Below are positions 41,087 through 51,253 of a stretch of DNA of 64,000 nt, piece after piece. Source of the stretch: Candidatus Aminicenantes bacterium. Lineage in GTDB: Bacteria > Acidobacteriota > Aminicenantia > Aminicenantales > Aminicenantaceae. Position 1 is the first letter of the stretch. Every line of letters starts with the position of its first letter. Where the stretch lies: the NCBI GenBank assembly GCA_030603565.1, contig JAUVXM010000003.1:1359-65358 (forward strand), read 5' to 3'. Below the pieces are notes generated by a model. That model had not been told where the DNA came from. It made no database searches and saw only the letters and a program-made list of their open reading frames with translations. A program made the translations under genes and the position numbers.

Positions 41087-43143
41087 TTTTTCTCCTTTAA
41101 AGCTTCCACATTTTTTTTTATTTTAGGCTGGTCTACATTGATCTCAAGCGATTTCATCCAGGCAGTCAATGCCTCCGACATATCCCCCAACTGAAAATAG
41201 CATTCACCGATCGCATTAAGGCAGTTGGTGTTGAGGCCGTGATGGTTCATGGCTTTTTCAAATATCTCAATGGCTTGAGCTAACTCGCTCCGGTACTGAT
41301 AAGCTCTACCCAGGATAAAATATATTTCGAATTTTGGAGGTTCATCCAGGTTTACAAATGGAAGCAAGACAGCTGGAACTTCATCATAGTTTTTTTTCTC
41401 CATATAAACACGAACCAGATTCAGGGCAAATTCAGCATTTTCCGGATTTTTATGGAAAGCGGCCTCCAGTTTGGCCTCAGCAGCTTCAATCTGTCCGGTA
41501 TTAAACAACTGAGAACCAAGGACAAAAGAATAAACCGGGTTTTCAGTTTCGGACAACAGTTTGCTGTAAATCCAGGGACGGGCTATACTTTCCATATAAG
41601 TGACATCAAATTCATCGCTCTCAAAAAGCTTTTCCTGGCTATCCACAATGAGAGAAACCCGGACCCGGTAGTGGGCTGGGGAAAAATTTTTAAGCGAAAA
41701 CTTCTCTACAAAATCCGGAATATTCCTATATTCACTTATCTTTCTGTAAAGACTAAAAAAATCTTCTCCGTCACGGTAAAAATTATATTTTATCACTGCC
41801 TTCTCTTTTTCATCCAGGCTTAGGCCATGAATCTGATACGCCAGCACTATATCATCCTTTCTAAGAAACACACGGTTTGCCTGAAAATACATCTGATAGC
41901 TTCCTGCCTGAAAAGGCCGCAGACGGTTGTTGGCTGGAATATTCCAGTTCATATGGTACCCTAAGAGCAGAGAAGTCATCTGGATCCGATCTTCTTCTCC
42001 GGGAATAAGGAGGGTTCGGTCAAGAGAAGTAAATTCTTTAGATATCTCATTTTTAACCAGTACGGATAAGCGAAATTTGCCTGGAATCAAAGGAAACATA
42101 TCCCGGATACTTAAAGGCCGGCTGCTTACCTTTTTCATTTGTTCCTCTTTAAATTCCAAATGGATAGTCTTATCGAACTGATACACTGTTTTGCCCTCTA
42201 TCGTGGAAACGGTCCCATTTAATTTTAAGGTTGTGTAAAACTTGTCCTGGTACTGGTTTACAGATAGCCTTTCCGGTTCTATGGCGTAATGAACAAAATA
42301 TATTCCCGAAGGATCCTTCAATACCTTTACCAGAGAATCGCAGTCCATATAATTCGCTGTATATTCCACCTCGACCAGGTCCTTATATTCCAGGAATTTC
42401 CTGGCATATCTATCCTCTATTGCTCTAACAGGCGTGGATTCAACCCGGTTTACTAATATATCTGAAGACATGGTAGGCCGGCCGATCCCATCCGAACGAT
42501 CTCCCGGGATCAAAGTCATAGCATAACCAGAAAGCTCGGGTTCAAATTCACGCAACTGGCTATAAGCAGCCATGTAATCCATAGGATCTCCAAGGTAAGA
42601 TGTCAATAGGGCCTGCGGCCCGTCTCCGAGCGGACTATACAATTCATATTCACCCAGACCGCCTTCCTGATAAAATACCAGATTAAACCCGGGGGGAAGC
42701 CCTTTATCAGTCAGCCCCTGGTAAAACCAGACCACTGTCGGATAAACCTGAGTTTTACCCTCAAACCTCTGTATGTCATTTGGAGCGCCAAGAATGATGT
42801 AGATCCTGCCGCGGTCGGTTTTCCAGCCTTTTTTTGGGAGAGCGCGTCCAAAAAATTGATTTGCATAATTTATCCGGCGGTAATGCTCGGTTTTGAACTC
42901 GTTCTCCGGAGTGCTGAGGGTAGGGTCGCGATGTTTCCAGAAGGCTTTAATAAACATATCCCTTTCGCGATCTGTTTTAAGCTGTAAAAAAATCTCATTT
43001 TCCACCGGTGCTATAATATACACGACTTCCTCTTCAAGCCACTTTTTATGATGTTTGGGAAGGTCACCTACTCCAGCTGAAGCATTATATACAAAGGAAA
43101 ATAATACAGCGGCTAATAAATATAATATGAGTCTATTCCTCAC
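41083..43143 (-). CDS. GWxTD-domain protein with C-terminal TPR repeats
   Basis: KKGWKTDRGRIYIILGAP; signal peptide; TPR-like C-terminus (..AYQYRSELAQAIEIFEKA..). Confidence 0.7.
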   Translation of the reverse strand: MRNRLILYLLAAVLFSFVYNASAGVGDLPKHHKKWLEEEVVYIIAPVENEIFLQLKTDRERDMFIKAFWKHRDPTLSTPENEFKTEHYRRINYANQFFGRALPKKGWKTDRGRIYIILGAPNDIQRFEGKTQVYPTVVWFYQGLTDKGLPPGFNLVFYQEGGLGEYELYSPLGDGPQALLTSYLGDPMDYMAAYSQLREFEPELSGYAMTLIPGDRSDGIGRPTMSSDILVNRVESTPVRAIEDRYARKFLEYKDLVEVEYTANYMDCDSLVKVLKDPSGIYFVHYAIEPERLSVNQYQDKFYTTLKLNGTVSTIEGKTVYQFDKTIHLEFKEEQMKKVSSRPLSIRDMFPLIPGKFRLSVLVKNEISKEFTSLDRTLLIPGEEDRIQMTSLLLGYHMNWNIPANNRLRPFQAGSYQMYFQANRVFLRKDDIVLAYQIHGLSLDEKEKAVIKYNFYRDGEDFFSLYRKISEYRNIPDFVEKFSLKNFSPAHYRVRVSLIVDSQEKLFESDEFDVTYMESIARPWIYSKLLSETENPVYSFVLGSQLFNTGQIEAAEAKLEAAFHKNPENAEFALNLVRVYMEKKNYDEVPAVLLPFVNLDEPPKFEIYFILGRAYQYRSELAQAIEIFEKAMNHHGLNTNCLNAIGECYFQLGDMSEALTAWMKSLEINVDQPKIKKNVEALKEKK

Positions 43144-43165
43144 TTAAAACTCCTCTCAATCCTGA

Positions 43166-43224
43166 ACTATTCATAAAAAATGTCAATATGTATGATACCT
43201 CTTTTGTGTATAATCCAGGTCCTC
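43166..43224. repeat. Internally deleted MITE derivative (both ends, about 60 bp)
   Basis: cctgaactattcataaaaaatgtcaatatgtatgatacctcttttgtgtataatccagg, followed by another left-TIR fragment cctgcactattcat. Confidence 0.55.
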
Positions 43225-43276
43225 CTGCACTATTCATATTTTTATTATAACATTCTGCCTTTCAACTAACAACTAA

Positions 43277-43409
43277 CCTGAACTATTCATAAAAAATACC
43301 GATGAATGCTACATCTTTATTAATAAGTATTCTACTCTGATTGATACGTGAATTCTTTTTACCTTTTCGTTCACGATGTAATTTATATTAATAATCGACA
43401 TTTTTTACC
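43277..43409. repeat. MITE-like repeat copy
   Basis: cctgaactattcataaaaaataccgat...ttttcgttcacgatgtaatttatattaataatcgacatttttta. Confidence 0.6.
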
Positions 43410-43513
43410 TTTCAGGCAAGCCGATCTTACCGCATCTACTTTGTTGCAGCGCATTCGCAGTGAAGGACCACAGCTTCATCCCCTGCGCCTCGTATCTGCA
43501 GCAACCTCGACTC

Positions 43514-43558
43514 GTGAATAATCCAGTTTAACCTGAACTATTCATAAAAAATACCGAT
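43514..43558. repeat. Solo TIR palindrome of the MITE family
   Basis: gtgaataatccag tttaa cctgaactattcataaaaaataccgat. Confidence 0.5.
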
Positions 43559-43747
43559 ATTCATGTTGATTAGATTCATTGTTAAAGCCGGTTAATAGAA
43601 AATGGTAAATGGCAAGACAATTCAAGTCTCCCCGCATCGCAAGCTCCCGATCTATTTCATCGTAAAAAGTAATATTTTTGATATAATATTTACAATATAT
43701 TTTCTTTGGAAGGCATATTTGCGTATGAAATAACCGCAAGGATTATA

Positions 43748-43835
43748 TGGTGCGGAAGGTGGGAGTCGAACCCACACAGCCTTTTGGGCCATAAACTCCT
43801 GAGGCTTACGCGTCTACCAGTTCCGCCACTTCCGC
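43748..43835 (-). tRNA. tRNA-Leu (anticodon CAG), type II with long variable arm
   Basis: Minus-strand GCGGAAGTGGCGGAACTGGTAGACGCGTAAGCCTCAGGAGTTTATGGCCCAAAAGGCTGTGTGGGTTCGACTCCCACCTTCCGCACCA: 7-bp acceptor stem, anticodon loop CT-CAG-GA, long variable arm, GTTCGACTC T-loop, encoded CCA. Confidence 0.85.
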
Positions 43836-43901
43836 ACACCTTTCTTTCTGTCACAATCTCTGAAAAAATATTATAGCTGTTATCCTCTTGCTTTTCAACT
43901 C

Positions 43902-43944
43902 GTGAATAACTCAGGCTAGCCTGAAATATTCATAAAAATTACCG
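43902..43944. repeat. Solo TIR palindrome of the MITE family
   Basis: gtgaataactcagg ctag cctgaaatattcataaaaattaccg. Confidence 0.5.
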
Positions 43945-44376
43945 GTGATAAAATAAGCAGGAGTTCCCCCTAAATTTCCGCTCATTTTCATTTAAATATA
44001 TGCTTTTCATTTTTTTATCAAATAATAGGAAGAAACCCATTTTTTGCTAAAAAAGCAGTAAAAAGAATCAGGTTAGATTGATAAAGAAAACCGTGAGCAA
44101 GGATGAGCGGGCATGGTTCTTCTCCTTTAAGGAGAAGAGAGCGAAGACTGTATCCGAGCGGATTTTCCTAGCTGGGGAAAATCCGCGTGTTTTCGGATCA
44201 ACTGAACTGATTCTTGCTTAAGGCTCAAAAGCTTAGAAAAAATAGAGGAACTGCTGGAGTCCCCTGCTTGACAAATTCAGATTTCTACTTATTATAATAG
44301 AGTCAATTGTCTAATTCTTTCCAAAACAAATATGTTCTTTTATATATCCATTTACCCAAATTTTTAAGGAGGTCAA

Positions 44377-45522
44377 ATGAAACTTCTGAGCCAGGAACAA
44401 ATCGAAACTCTGGCAAAATTTAAATGTAAGGATTTATTTACCACTTCTTTTTTTCTCGACACCAGTAAAAACAGGCTGACAAAAAAAGAAATCCAACTGT
44501 CTTTAAAAAACCTTCTGTTTAACAGCAGGAAAAAGCTTAAAGAGATGTCGCTATCCAAAGCCAAAAAAGAATCTTTGGTACAGGATCTGGAAAAAATTGA
44601 GAAATACTGTCAGCAAAATCTTTCCGGGTCAAACTTCGTGGGCCTGGCTATTTTTTCTGGCAGTGAATGCGATCTGTGGAAGGTTTTTAACTTGGTTAAA
44701 TCCCCCAGAAATATGATTATTTTTGACCATAATCCCTATATCCGACCGCTATCAGCGATCCTGACTGAATACCATCGTATTTGTGTGCTGACTTTCGACC
44801 GAAAGGAAGCCAGATGGTATAATATTTATATGGGAGAGATCTTTGAACTGGGATCTCTTCAGAGTGATGTCCCCAGCCGCATTAAAGAAGGAGGCTGGCA
44901 AGGATACAGATCAAAACGCATTGAAAGACATATGACTTCGCGCCTCCGTGATTTTTTTAAGAAAACCGCCAAGGAAACATTCACTCTAATGAAAAAACAC
45001 AATTTTGAGTGGCTCTTTCTTGGATGTAAAGACGAATACTATGCAGAGTTGGAGCCATTACTTCATCCCTACCTAAAAGAAAAAATAAAAGCACGCATCA
45101 AAGCAAATCCCGGAGATTCAGCAAATATAATTCTCCAGAAAACTTTAAAGATAAAAGATAAATTAAAAAAGCAAGAAAAAGAAAAAATCGTACAAAATTT
45201 CATCTCTGAACATGAAAAAGACGGACTGGCTGTCTCCGGGCTGGAAAACACTCTAAGCAAACTAAACCGGGGTGGAGTTCAAACCCTTCTAGTAACACGC
45301 CATTTCTCCCAACCGGGAAAATTTTGCCCTAAATGCCACTTCCTGTTCACCAATAAATCCGAATGTCCATCCTGCAGGGTAAAAACCAAACCCTTAATAG
45401 ACGTTATTGATGAAGCCGTAGAAGCAGCTTTGAACTCAAGCAGTGATGTGAAACATATAAATCCGCCTTCCCCCCTGGACAAATACGGCGGCATCGGAGC
45501 ATTTCTGCGTTATAAGATATAA
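44377..45522 (+). CDS. Bacterial eRF1/Pelota-like (baeRF-type) protein with GGWQ loop and C-terminal zinc ribbon
   Basis: Central-domain block ICVLTFDRKEARWY followed by VPSRIKEGGWQGYRSKRIERHMTSRLRDFFKKTAKE, which parallels eRF1 KKHGRGGQSALRFARLR..RHNYVRKVAE. C-terminal CPKCHFLF...CPSC. RBS AAGGAGG. Promoter-like TTGACA..TATAAT at about 44268. Confidence 0.6.
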   Translation: MKLLSQEQIETLAKFKCKDLFTTSFFLDTSKNRLTKKEIQLSLKNLLFNSRKKLKEMSLSKAKKESLVQDLEKIEKYCQQNLSGSNFVGLAIFSGSECDLWKVFNLVKSPRNMIIFDHNPYIRPLSAILTEYHRICVLTFDRKEARWYNIYMGEIFELGSLQSDVPSRIKEGGWQGYRSKRIERHMTSRLRDFFKKTAKETFTLMKKHNFEWLFLGCKDEYYAELEPLLHPYLKEKIKARIKANPGDSANIILQKTLKIKDKLKKQEKEKIVQNFISEHEKDGLAVSGLENTLSKLNRGGVQTLLVTRHFSQPGKFCPKCHFLFTNKSECPSCRVKTKPLIDVIDEAVEAALNSSSDVKHINPPSPLDKYGGIGAFLRYKI

Positions 45523-45523
45523 A

Positions 45524-45668
45524 TTTGAACTATTCATAAAAACTGTCGATATTTATGATACTTCTTTCTAATTCAATATTTTACATTAATCTCTAGGTAT
45601 AAACTATTGGTCTTTTCGTTCACAGTGTAATCTCTATTTTAATCGACATTTTTTATGAATAATCCAGG
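45524..45668. repeat. MITE-like repeat copy filling the gap between convergent stops of the eRF1-like gene and the RND pump
   Basis: tttgaactattcataaaaactgtcgatatttatgatac...ttttcgttcacagtgtaatctctattttaatcgacattttttatgaataatccagg, then an extra partial end tgcataatccag. Confidence 0.65.
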
Positions 45669-45681
45669 TGCATAATCCAGT

Positions 45682-48600
45682 CTAGATTTTCTTCGTCTTA
45701 AACGACACTTTGTCAAAAAGGCTGTAAAGTATCGGGATGACAAAGAGGGTAAAAATGGTAGTAGCTATAAGGCCTCCGATCACAGTGATAGCCATAGGCG
45801 CACGCATCTCTGCGCCTGCAGAAGTGCTCACAGCCATGGGAACCATTCCCATAATAGTCGTCAGGGCTGTAATCAGTACCGGACGCAGACGAACAGTGCA
45901 GGCCTGCAGTATCGCTTCTTTTATCTCGATTCCCTTCCTCTTTAATTGATTGATATAGTCCACCATAACAATTCCATTATTAACAGCAATTCCTCCCAGC
46001 ATAACAAATCCTATCATCGTAACAAGACTTATCGGCCATCCCGATATAAGTAATGCTAATGCCACCCCGATAAGCGACAAGGGAATTGTAAACATTATAA
46101 CAAACGGATGCTTAAACGATTCGAACTGAGAAGCCATGATCATATAGACAAAAAGAACTGCAAGCGCAAAAACTCCGATCATTATAATAAAAGCTTTCTG
46201 CATCTCTTCATACTGTCCGCCATACTCGATAAAATAACCTATGGGAAGGGTTTTCTCCATTGGGGCTGTTCTCTTGATAATATCACTCATAACACTACCC
46301 AGGTCACGCCCTGCGATATTGGCAGTCACACTGACAAGACGGGCCTGATTTTCTCTGGTTATCTGAATCGGCCCTTCGCCCTTTGAGATTTCAGCAACCT
46401 GATCCAAACGTATCATAGTGTTGGCAGGAGTTACTATAGGGATATTCCGGATATTATCTATATTATCCCGGTATTTTTTCTGAAATCGCACTCGCACATC
46501 AATTTCTTCGTTTTCTTCCCGGTAACGGGTTGCAATTTTACCCAATGATGCGACTTGGACTGCATTTGCGACCTGGCCTACTGTCAAGCCAAATCGGGAA
46601 GACTTCTCCCTGTCAATACTGATCTGATATTCAGGTTTTCCTTCGGCAAACGTGTGAGTAACATCTCTAAGGCCTTCAACATCCCGGATCCTATCCCTTA
46701 TATTATCTGCAATTTCCTTTAACTGCTCAATATCCTTGCCAAAAACTTTTATCTCGATCGGGGCTTGAGTTCCACCCATCATTACCTGGCTCATATCCAG
46801 GGCCTCAAACTTTACATCTTTGAGTTTTGGTAATTTATGACGGATCTTCTCCAGAATCTCAAGATCTGATAGCGACCTTTCATCCTGGGGAACAAGACCT
46901 ACCCACAAAATTCCTTCATGCGGCCCTGAAGGGTTAAAGCCGGAAGCAGTATCCTGGGCATTCTCTTCGGCTTGGGAGCCGGCTTGGGCAGAGACAATCT
47001 TTACTGTCGGCTCATTGAACATAACTTCTTCAGCCATGGAAAGTACCCGGTTAGTTTCTTCAAGAGAGGTGCCGACCGGCATTTTCAATTTAATCAGAAG
47101 CATGTCCCTGTCTGTAGTCGGCATAAATTCTGTTCCGATAAAAGGAAACAATCCAAAGGAAAGCAGGAAGAGGACAACAGCTGCGGTCAAGACCAGGCCT
47201 CTCCGCTTCAGGGCTTTGAGTAAGGCCCGGCGGTAAAAATTCCGGGCTTTTTCAAAACGTATTTTTCTTGGTTTATCACTATTCCCCCCATGCCTATTAT
47301 CGACTTTAAATAACAGAGAGGCGACCAGAGGAATAACTGTTAAGGCTACTAATAGAGAAGCGGTCAAAGAAAATGCGATCGCCAGGGCCAGGCTCCGGGT
47401 CATCTTTCCGGTTATGCCGGAAGCGAACATCATGGGGAAAAAGACAGCAATTGTGGTCAAAGTGGATGCTGTGATAGCCATTCCTACTTCAGATGCGCCT
47501 TTTTTGGCAGCTTCTATGCGATTTTTTCCCTCTTCAAGGTGGCGGAATATATTTTCAATTACCACAACCGCATTATCGACCAGCATCCCTATACCTAAAG
47601 CCAGTCCTCCCAAGGTAAGCAGATTAAGAGTATAGCCGGCAACATAAAAAGCAATAAAGGTGGTTATGACTGAAAGGGGGATAGCCAAACCGATGGTTAT
47701 AGTCGGACGCCAATTGCGCAGAAAGATGAAAATAAACAGGATAGCCAGAATACCTCCGACCAGGGCATTATTTCCGGTCTTGCGGATGACTTGCTGAATC
47801 ATATCAGACTGATCCATGGCAATAAAAAATTTCACATCAGAGGGTAGGGTCTCTTTAATCTTTGCCAGTTCCTTTTTAACCGCTTTAGTAGTTATAACAG
47901 TATTGGCCCCGGAACGCTTGCTGATGATCATGTAAACACCATTCTCTCCCTGGATGCGGGCAACATAGCGTGACTCCTTCATAGTATCTTTGACGTCAGC
48001 TACATCTTTTAGATATATGGGCTGGCCTGTCTGGGTGGCTCCTACTACTGTATTTCGGATATCATCCAAATTTTTAAACTCACCCAGTGTACGCACTAAC
48101 AGCTCTGAATGTCTTTCAACTATGTATCCTGCCGGTAGATTTATGTTCTCAGCTCTAAGTGCCATAATGATCCGATCCGGAGAAAGCATCCGGGACTCAA
48201 GCGCGGCCTTATCAATATCGACCAGGATCTCCCTGACATCGGTTGAAAATACCTGGGCTGCTGCTACTCCGTCTATTCTTTCAAGCCTCATAGCGACTTC
48301 ATCTTTTATCAATTCCATCAACTCATATGTTGGCATATCAGACGTGATCCCCCAAAAAATAATAGGCATCTGGGAGATATTGAATTTCACAACCAGAGGT
48401 TCTGCAGCATCTTCAGGAAGATAGCCGCTGTAAAGGCCGATCTGATCGCGCACATCCTGGCCGGCAAAATCCAAGTTAGTTCCCCACTCAAATTCCACCA
48501 TAATCATAGAGAGCCCTTCAGATGTGATAGAATCGACTTTTTTAACCCCGGAAACAGAGTTCACTACCTGTTCTAGGGGACGGGTAATGGTATTTTCTAT

Positions 48601-48774
48601 ATCTTTAGAAGAAGCGCCGCTGTAAGTAGTGATAACAGAGACGGTAGGAAACTCAAGATCTGGGAAAAAGTCCAAGCCCAACCGCATAAAAGAAAGAATA
48701 CCCAGAACCACCAGGATCATAGCAAACATGATAGTGGTGACTTTTCTATTAACGGAAAATTCCGGTATTTTCAT
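45682..48774 (-). CDS. RND-family efflux transporter (AcrB/HAE1-like)
   Basis: 1030 aa, 12-TM RND architecture, conserved N-terminal block FFPDLEFPTVSVITTYSGAS. Confidence 0.9.
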   Translation of the reverse strand: MKIPEFSVNRKVTTIMFAMILVVLGILSFMRLGLDFFPDLEFPTVSVITTYSGASSKDIENTITRPLEQVVNSVSGVKKVDSITSEGLSMIMVEFEWGTNLDFAGQDVRDQIGLYSGYLPEDAAEPLVVKFNISQMPIIFWGITSDMPTYELMELIKDEVAMRLERIDGVAAAQVFSTDVREILVDIDKAALESRMLSPDRIIMALRAENINLPAGYIVERHSELLVRTLGEFKNLDDIRNTVVGATQTGQPIYLKDVADVKDTMKESRYVARIQGENGVYMIISKRSGANTVITTKAVKKELAKIKETLPSDVKFFIAMDQSDMIQQVIRKTGNNALVGGILAILFIFIFLRNWRPTITIGLAIPLSVITTFIAFYVAGYTLNLLTLGGLALGIGMLVDNAVVVIENIFRHLEEGKNRIEAAKKGASEVGMAITASTLTTIAVFFPMMFASGITGKMTRSLALAIAFSLTASLLVALTVIPLVASLLFKVDNRHGGNSDKPRKIRFEKARNFYRRALLKALKRRGLVLTAAVVLFLLSFGLFPFIGTEFMPTTDRDMLLIKLKMPVGTSLEETNRVLSMAEEVMFNEPTVKIVSAQAGSQAEENAQDTASGFNPSGPHEGILWVGLVPQDERSLSDLEILEKIRHKLPKLKDVKFEALDMSQVMMGGTQAPIEIKVFGKDIEQLKEIADNIRDRIRDVEGLRDVTHTFAEGKPEYQISIDREKSSRFGLTVGQVANAVQVASLGKIATRYREENEEIDVRVRFQKKYRDNIDNIRNIPIVTPANTMIRLDQVAEISKGEGPIQITRENQARLVSVTANIAGRDLGSVMSDIIKRTAPMEKTLPIGYFIEYGGQYEEMQKAFIIMIGVFALAVLFVYMIMASQFESFKHPFVIMFTIPLSLIGVALALLISGWPISLVTMIGFVMLGGIAVNNGIVMVDYINQLKRKGIEIKEAILQACTVRLRPVLITALTTIMGMVPMAVSTSAGAEMRAPMAITVIGGLIATTIFTLFVIPILYSLFDKVSFKTKKI

Positions 48775-49880
48775 TATTTAACCTCTTTTACCTCTAATTC
48801 TGCTCCGTTTTCAAGACCGTAATTCCCTTCAACTACCACAAGGTCTCCTTCCTCAAGTCCCTGCAAAATTTCCACAAGATCGGTATTCTGCAATCCAATC
48901 TTGATCTCTCTCTTCACAGCTTTGTTCCCTTTTGCTAAAAAGACATGACTGTTCTTAAGCACTGCTTTTTGGGGAATTACAAGGGAATCTTCATGAGTGC
49001 TGACTTCCAGCACAACTTCTCCAAAAGTATTCGGACGTAAAAGCAAATCAGGATTCTTAACTCGTACTTCCACTTTAAATTTCTTCGTCATAGGATCTGC
49101 TGCCAAATTCACAACAGTAACCTCTCCAGGGAAGGTCTTATCTGAAAATGCACTGACTTTAAGCCAGGCGGCCTGACCTTTTTTTATGCGGACAATATCC
49201 TGATAAGATACATCTACCTCGATCTTAACCTGGGAAAAATCCATAAGAGTAACTACTCCACTGCTAGGCGAATACCCCCCCATCATAGGATTAATAACAT
49301 CTCCAACATCAGCATTTTTTGAAGCGATCACCCCGCTGAAAGGAGCTTTCATAAGAGAAACATTCAGACTATGTTTTGCTAAATTAACTGCTGCTCCGGC
49401 TTGCTGGAGCTGGGCGTCAGCTAAGTCAAAAGCAAGCTTTACTTTCTCATACTGCTGATCGGAAACGGCATTTTCCTGTTTCAACCGCTCCATCCGCTCC
49501 ATATTACGGGAAGCATCATTATAACTTGCCTCAGCTACGGCCAGGGCTGCTTGAGCCTGTTCCAATTGAAGGCGAATAGGTCGTGTGTCCAGTTCTGCCA
49601 GGAGCTTACCTTTTCTTACCCTGTCTCCGCTCTCAACGTATATCTTAGTGATCTTACCTCCTACTTCTGGAGTGATGACAATTTTATTCTGGGCTTCGAT
49701 CAAGCCTGTATAAAAAAGTTTTTCTGATATCTTCTGTCTTTTTACCTTAAAAACTTTAACTTGGGCGGCCCCAAAGCTTTCTTCTGCAATTGTTTCTTCA
49801 TCTTTTTGAGCTTTACAGGAGAAAAAAGAAACAGCAACCAATATTATTATAATAATTACCCCTAGCCGTCTTTTATTCAT
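48774..49880 (-). CDS. RND efflux periplasmic adaptor (membrane-fusion protein, HlyD family)
   Basis: 368 aa; lipoprotein-like N-terminus; coiled-coil plus beta-barrel blocks; 1-nt overlap with the pump gene. Confidence 0.85.
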   Translation of the reverse strand: MNKRRLGVIIIIILVAVSFFSCKAQKDEETIAEESFGAAQVKVFKVKRQKISEKLFYTGLIEAQNKIVITPEVGGKITKIYVESGDRVRKGKLLAELDTRPIRLQLEQAQAALAVAEASYNDASRNMERMERLKQENAVSDQQYEKVKLAFDLADAQLQQAGAAVNLAKHSLNVSLMKAPFSGVIASKNADVGDVINPMMGGYSPSSGVVTLMDFSQVKIEVDVSYQDIVRIKKGQAAWLKVSAFSDKTFPGEVTVVNLAADPMTKKFKVEVRVKNPDLLLRPNTFGEVVLEVSTHEDSLVIPQKAVLKNSHVFLAKGNKAVKREIKIGLQNTDLVEILQGLEEGDLVVVEGNYGLENGAELEVKEVK

Positions 49881-49910
49881 TTATATCCTCCATATCATCC
49901 TATTAATAAT

Positions 49911-51233
49911 TCATCCCACACCCATAGCCTTATCCAATTCTGCAAGAGCAACCTCATAATCATACAGTGCCTGCGAATAATTGGTTTTCGCTTGGGTTAA
50001 AGCTGACTGAGCCTGATTATAATCAAGCATTGTGATCAGGCCTTCTTTAAAATTTAAATCCGCAATCCTCAGACTTTCCTCAGCCTGCTCCACATTTTTT
50101 TCCTGAGAGAGAAGAGATTCTTTGGCTTCATTGATTTTTAATATTGCCTGTCTGACTTCAAATTTCAGCATATCAACAAATCCCTTCCGGTTAAATTCAA
50201 GCTCCTTTATAGCGGCTTTAGCCTGTCCTACCCTGGCCCCTGTGGCAAATCCATTGAATATGGGAATAGACAGGGTTAGATTCATCTGATAAAAATTCGA
50301 CCAAGTGTCCTTATTGAAATTTAATTTATCCGCCCAGTAATTGTACTGGCCTGAAATAGCTACGGAAGGAAGTCCGGCAGCACGTGCCATTTTCAAACCT
50401 TCGCCGGCAATTCTTTTCTGGAAGCCAAGCTGTTTGAGCTCTGGCCGGTTCTTCATAGCTTTAACCAGACAGACATCAAGCTCGGGTTCTACTGCTTCGT
50501 AAGTCAATTTTCCCTGGACTTCTATCTCTTTTTTCTGATCCATTCCCAATATCGTCTTTAGATTAAGCTTCATGATCTTTAAATTATTCCTGGCTTTGAT
50601 CAACTGAGGCTTTAAATTGGCCAGTTGAACTTCAGACCTTAAAAGGTCAAACTGAGAGGCCATGCCGACTTCATGCTGGATCTTGATATTGTTGTGGAGT
50701 TTTTCAGCTAAAGCAACAGCCTCTTCCGAAACCTTAACAAATTCTTCCGCCAGCAAAATCCCATAAAATATTTTTTTGGTATTGAAAACAGTAGTATGCC
50801 GGGATTGCCGGACAGCTTCCTTAGCAGCATCAACATTGTAATTTGCCTGTTTAAATCCAGAAATCAACCGCCCTCCTGTAAAAAGAGGTACAGACAAAGA
50901 CATGGTAAATTGATAATCCCGGGTAAAATCGATCTCGACTCTCTGGGGAGGTTGTCCGGGGATCATGGAAGGAAACTCCAATTCCATAGCTTTTTCATCC
51001 AATGTGTATAATCCCTGCGCATTAAGTGCGGGCAAGAAACCGGAAACAGCTTCTCTTACTCCTGATTTAGCAGCATCCACTTTTTTCTGAGAGGCCAGGT
51101 GATAAGGATTCTGTTGCAGGGCTATATTAAGACTGTCTTCCAAAGTCAGTATCCTTTTTTCCTGGGAAAAGGAAAAACTTACGGCAAATAGAAGCACAAA
51201 AAGGATTAAACAGTATTTTTTTGTATTCTTCAT
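49911..51233 (-). CDS. TolC-family outer-membrane efflux protein
   Basis: 440 aa; signal peptide; duplicated OEP repeats (LTLEDSLNIALQQNP..). Confidence 0.85.
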   Translation of the reverse strand: MKNTKKYCLILFVLLFAVSFSFSQEKRILTLEDSLNIALQQNPYHLASQKKVDAAKSGVREAVSGFLPALNAQGLYTLDEKAMELEFPSMIPGQPPQRVEIDFTRDYQFTMSLSVPLFTGGRLISGFKQANYNVDAAKEAVRQSRHTTVFNTKKIFYGILLAEEFVKVSEEAVALAEKLHNNIKIQHEVGMASQFDLLRSEVQLANLKPQLIKARNNLKIMKLNLKTILGMDQKKEIEVQGKLTYEAVEPELDVCLVKAMKNRPELKQLGFQKRIAGEGLKMARAAGLPSVAISGQYNYWADKLNFNKDTWSNFYQMNLTLSIPIFNGFATGARVGQAKAAIKELEFNRKGFVDMLKFEVRQAILKINEAKESLLSQEKNVEQAEESLRIADLNFKEGLITMLDYNQAQSALTQAKTNYSQALYDYEVALAELDKAMGVG

Positions 51234-51253
51234 ATATAAACTCCTTAATTAAT

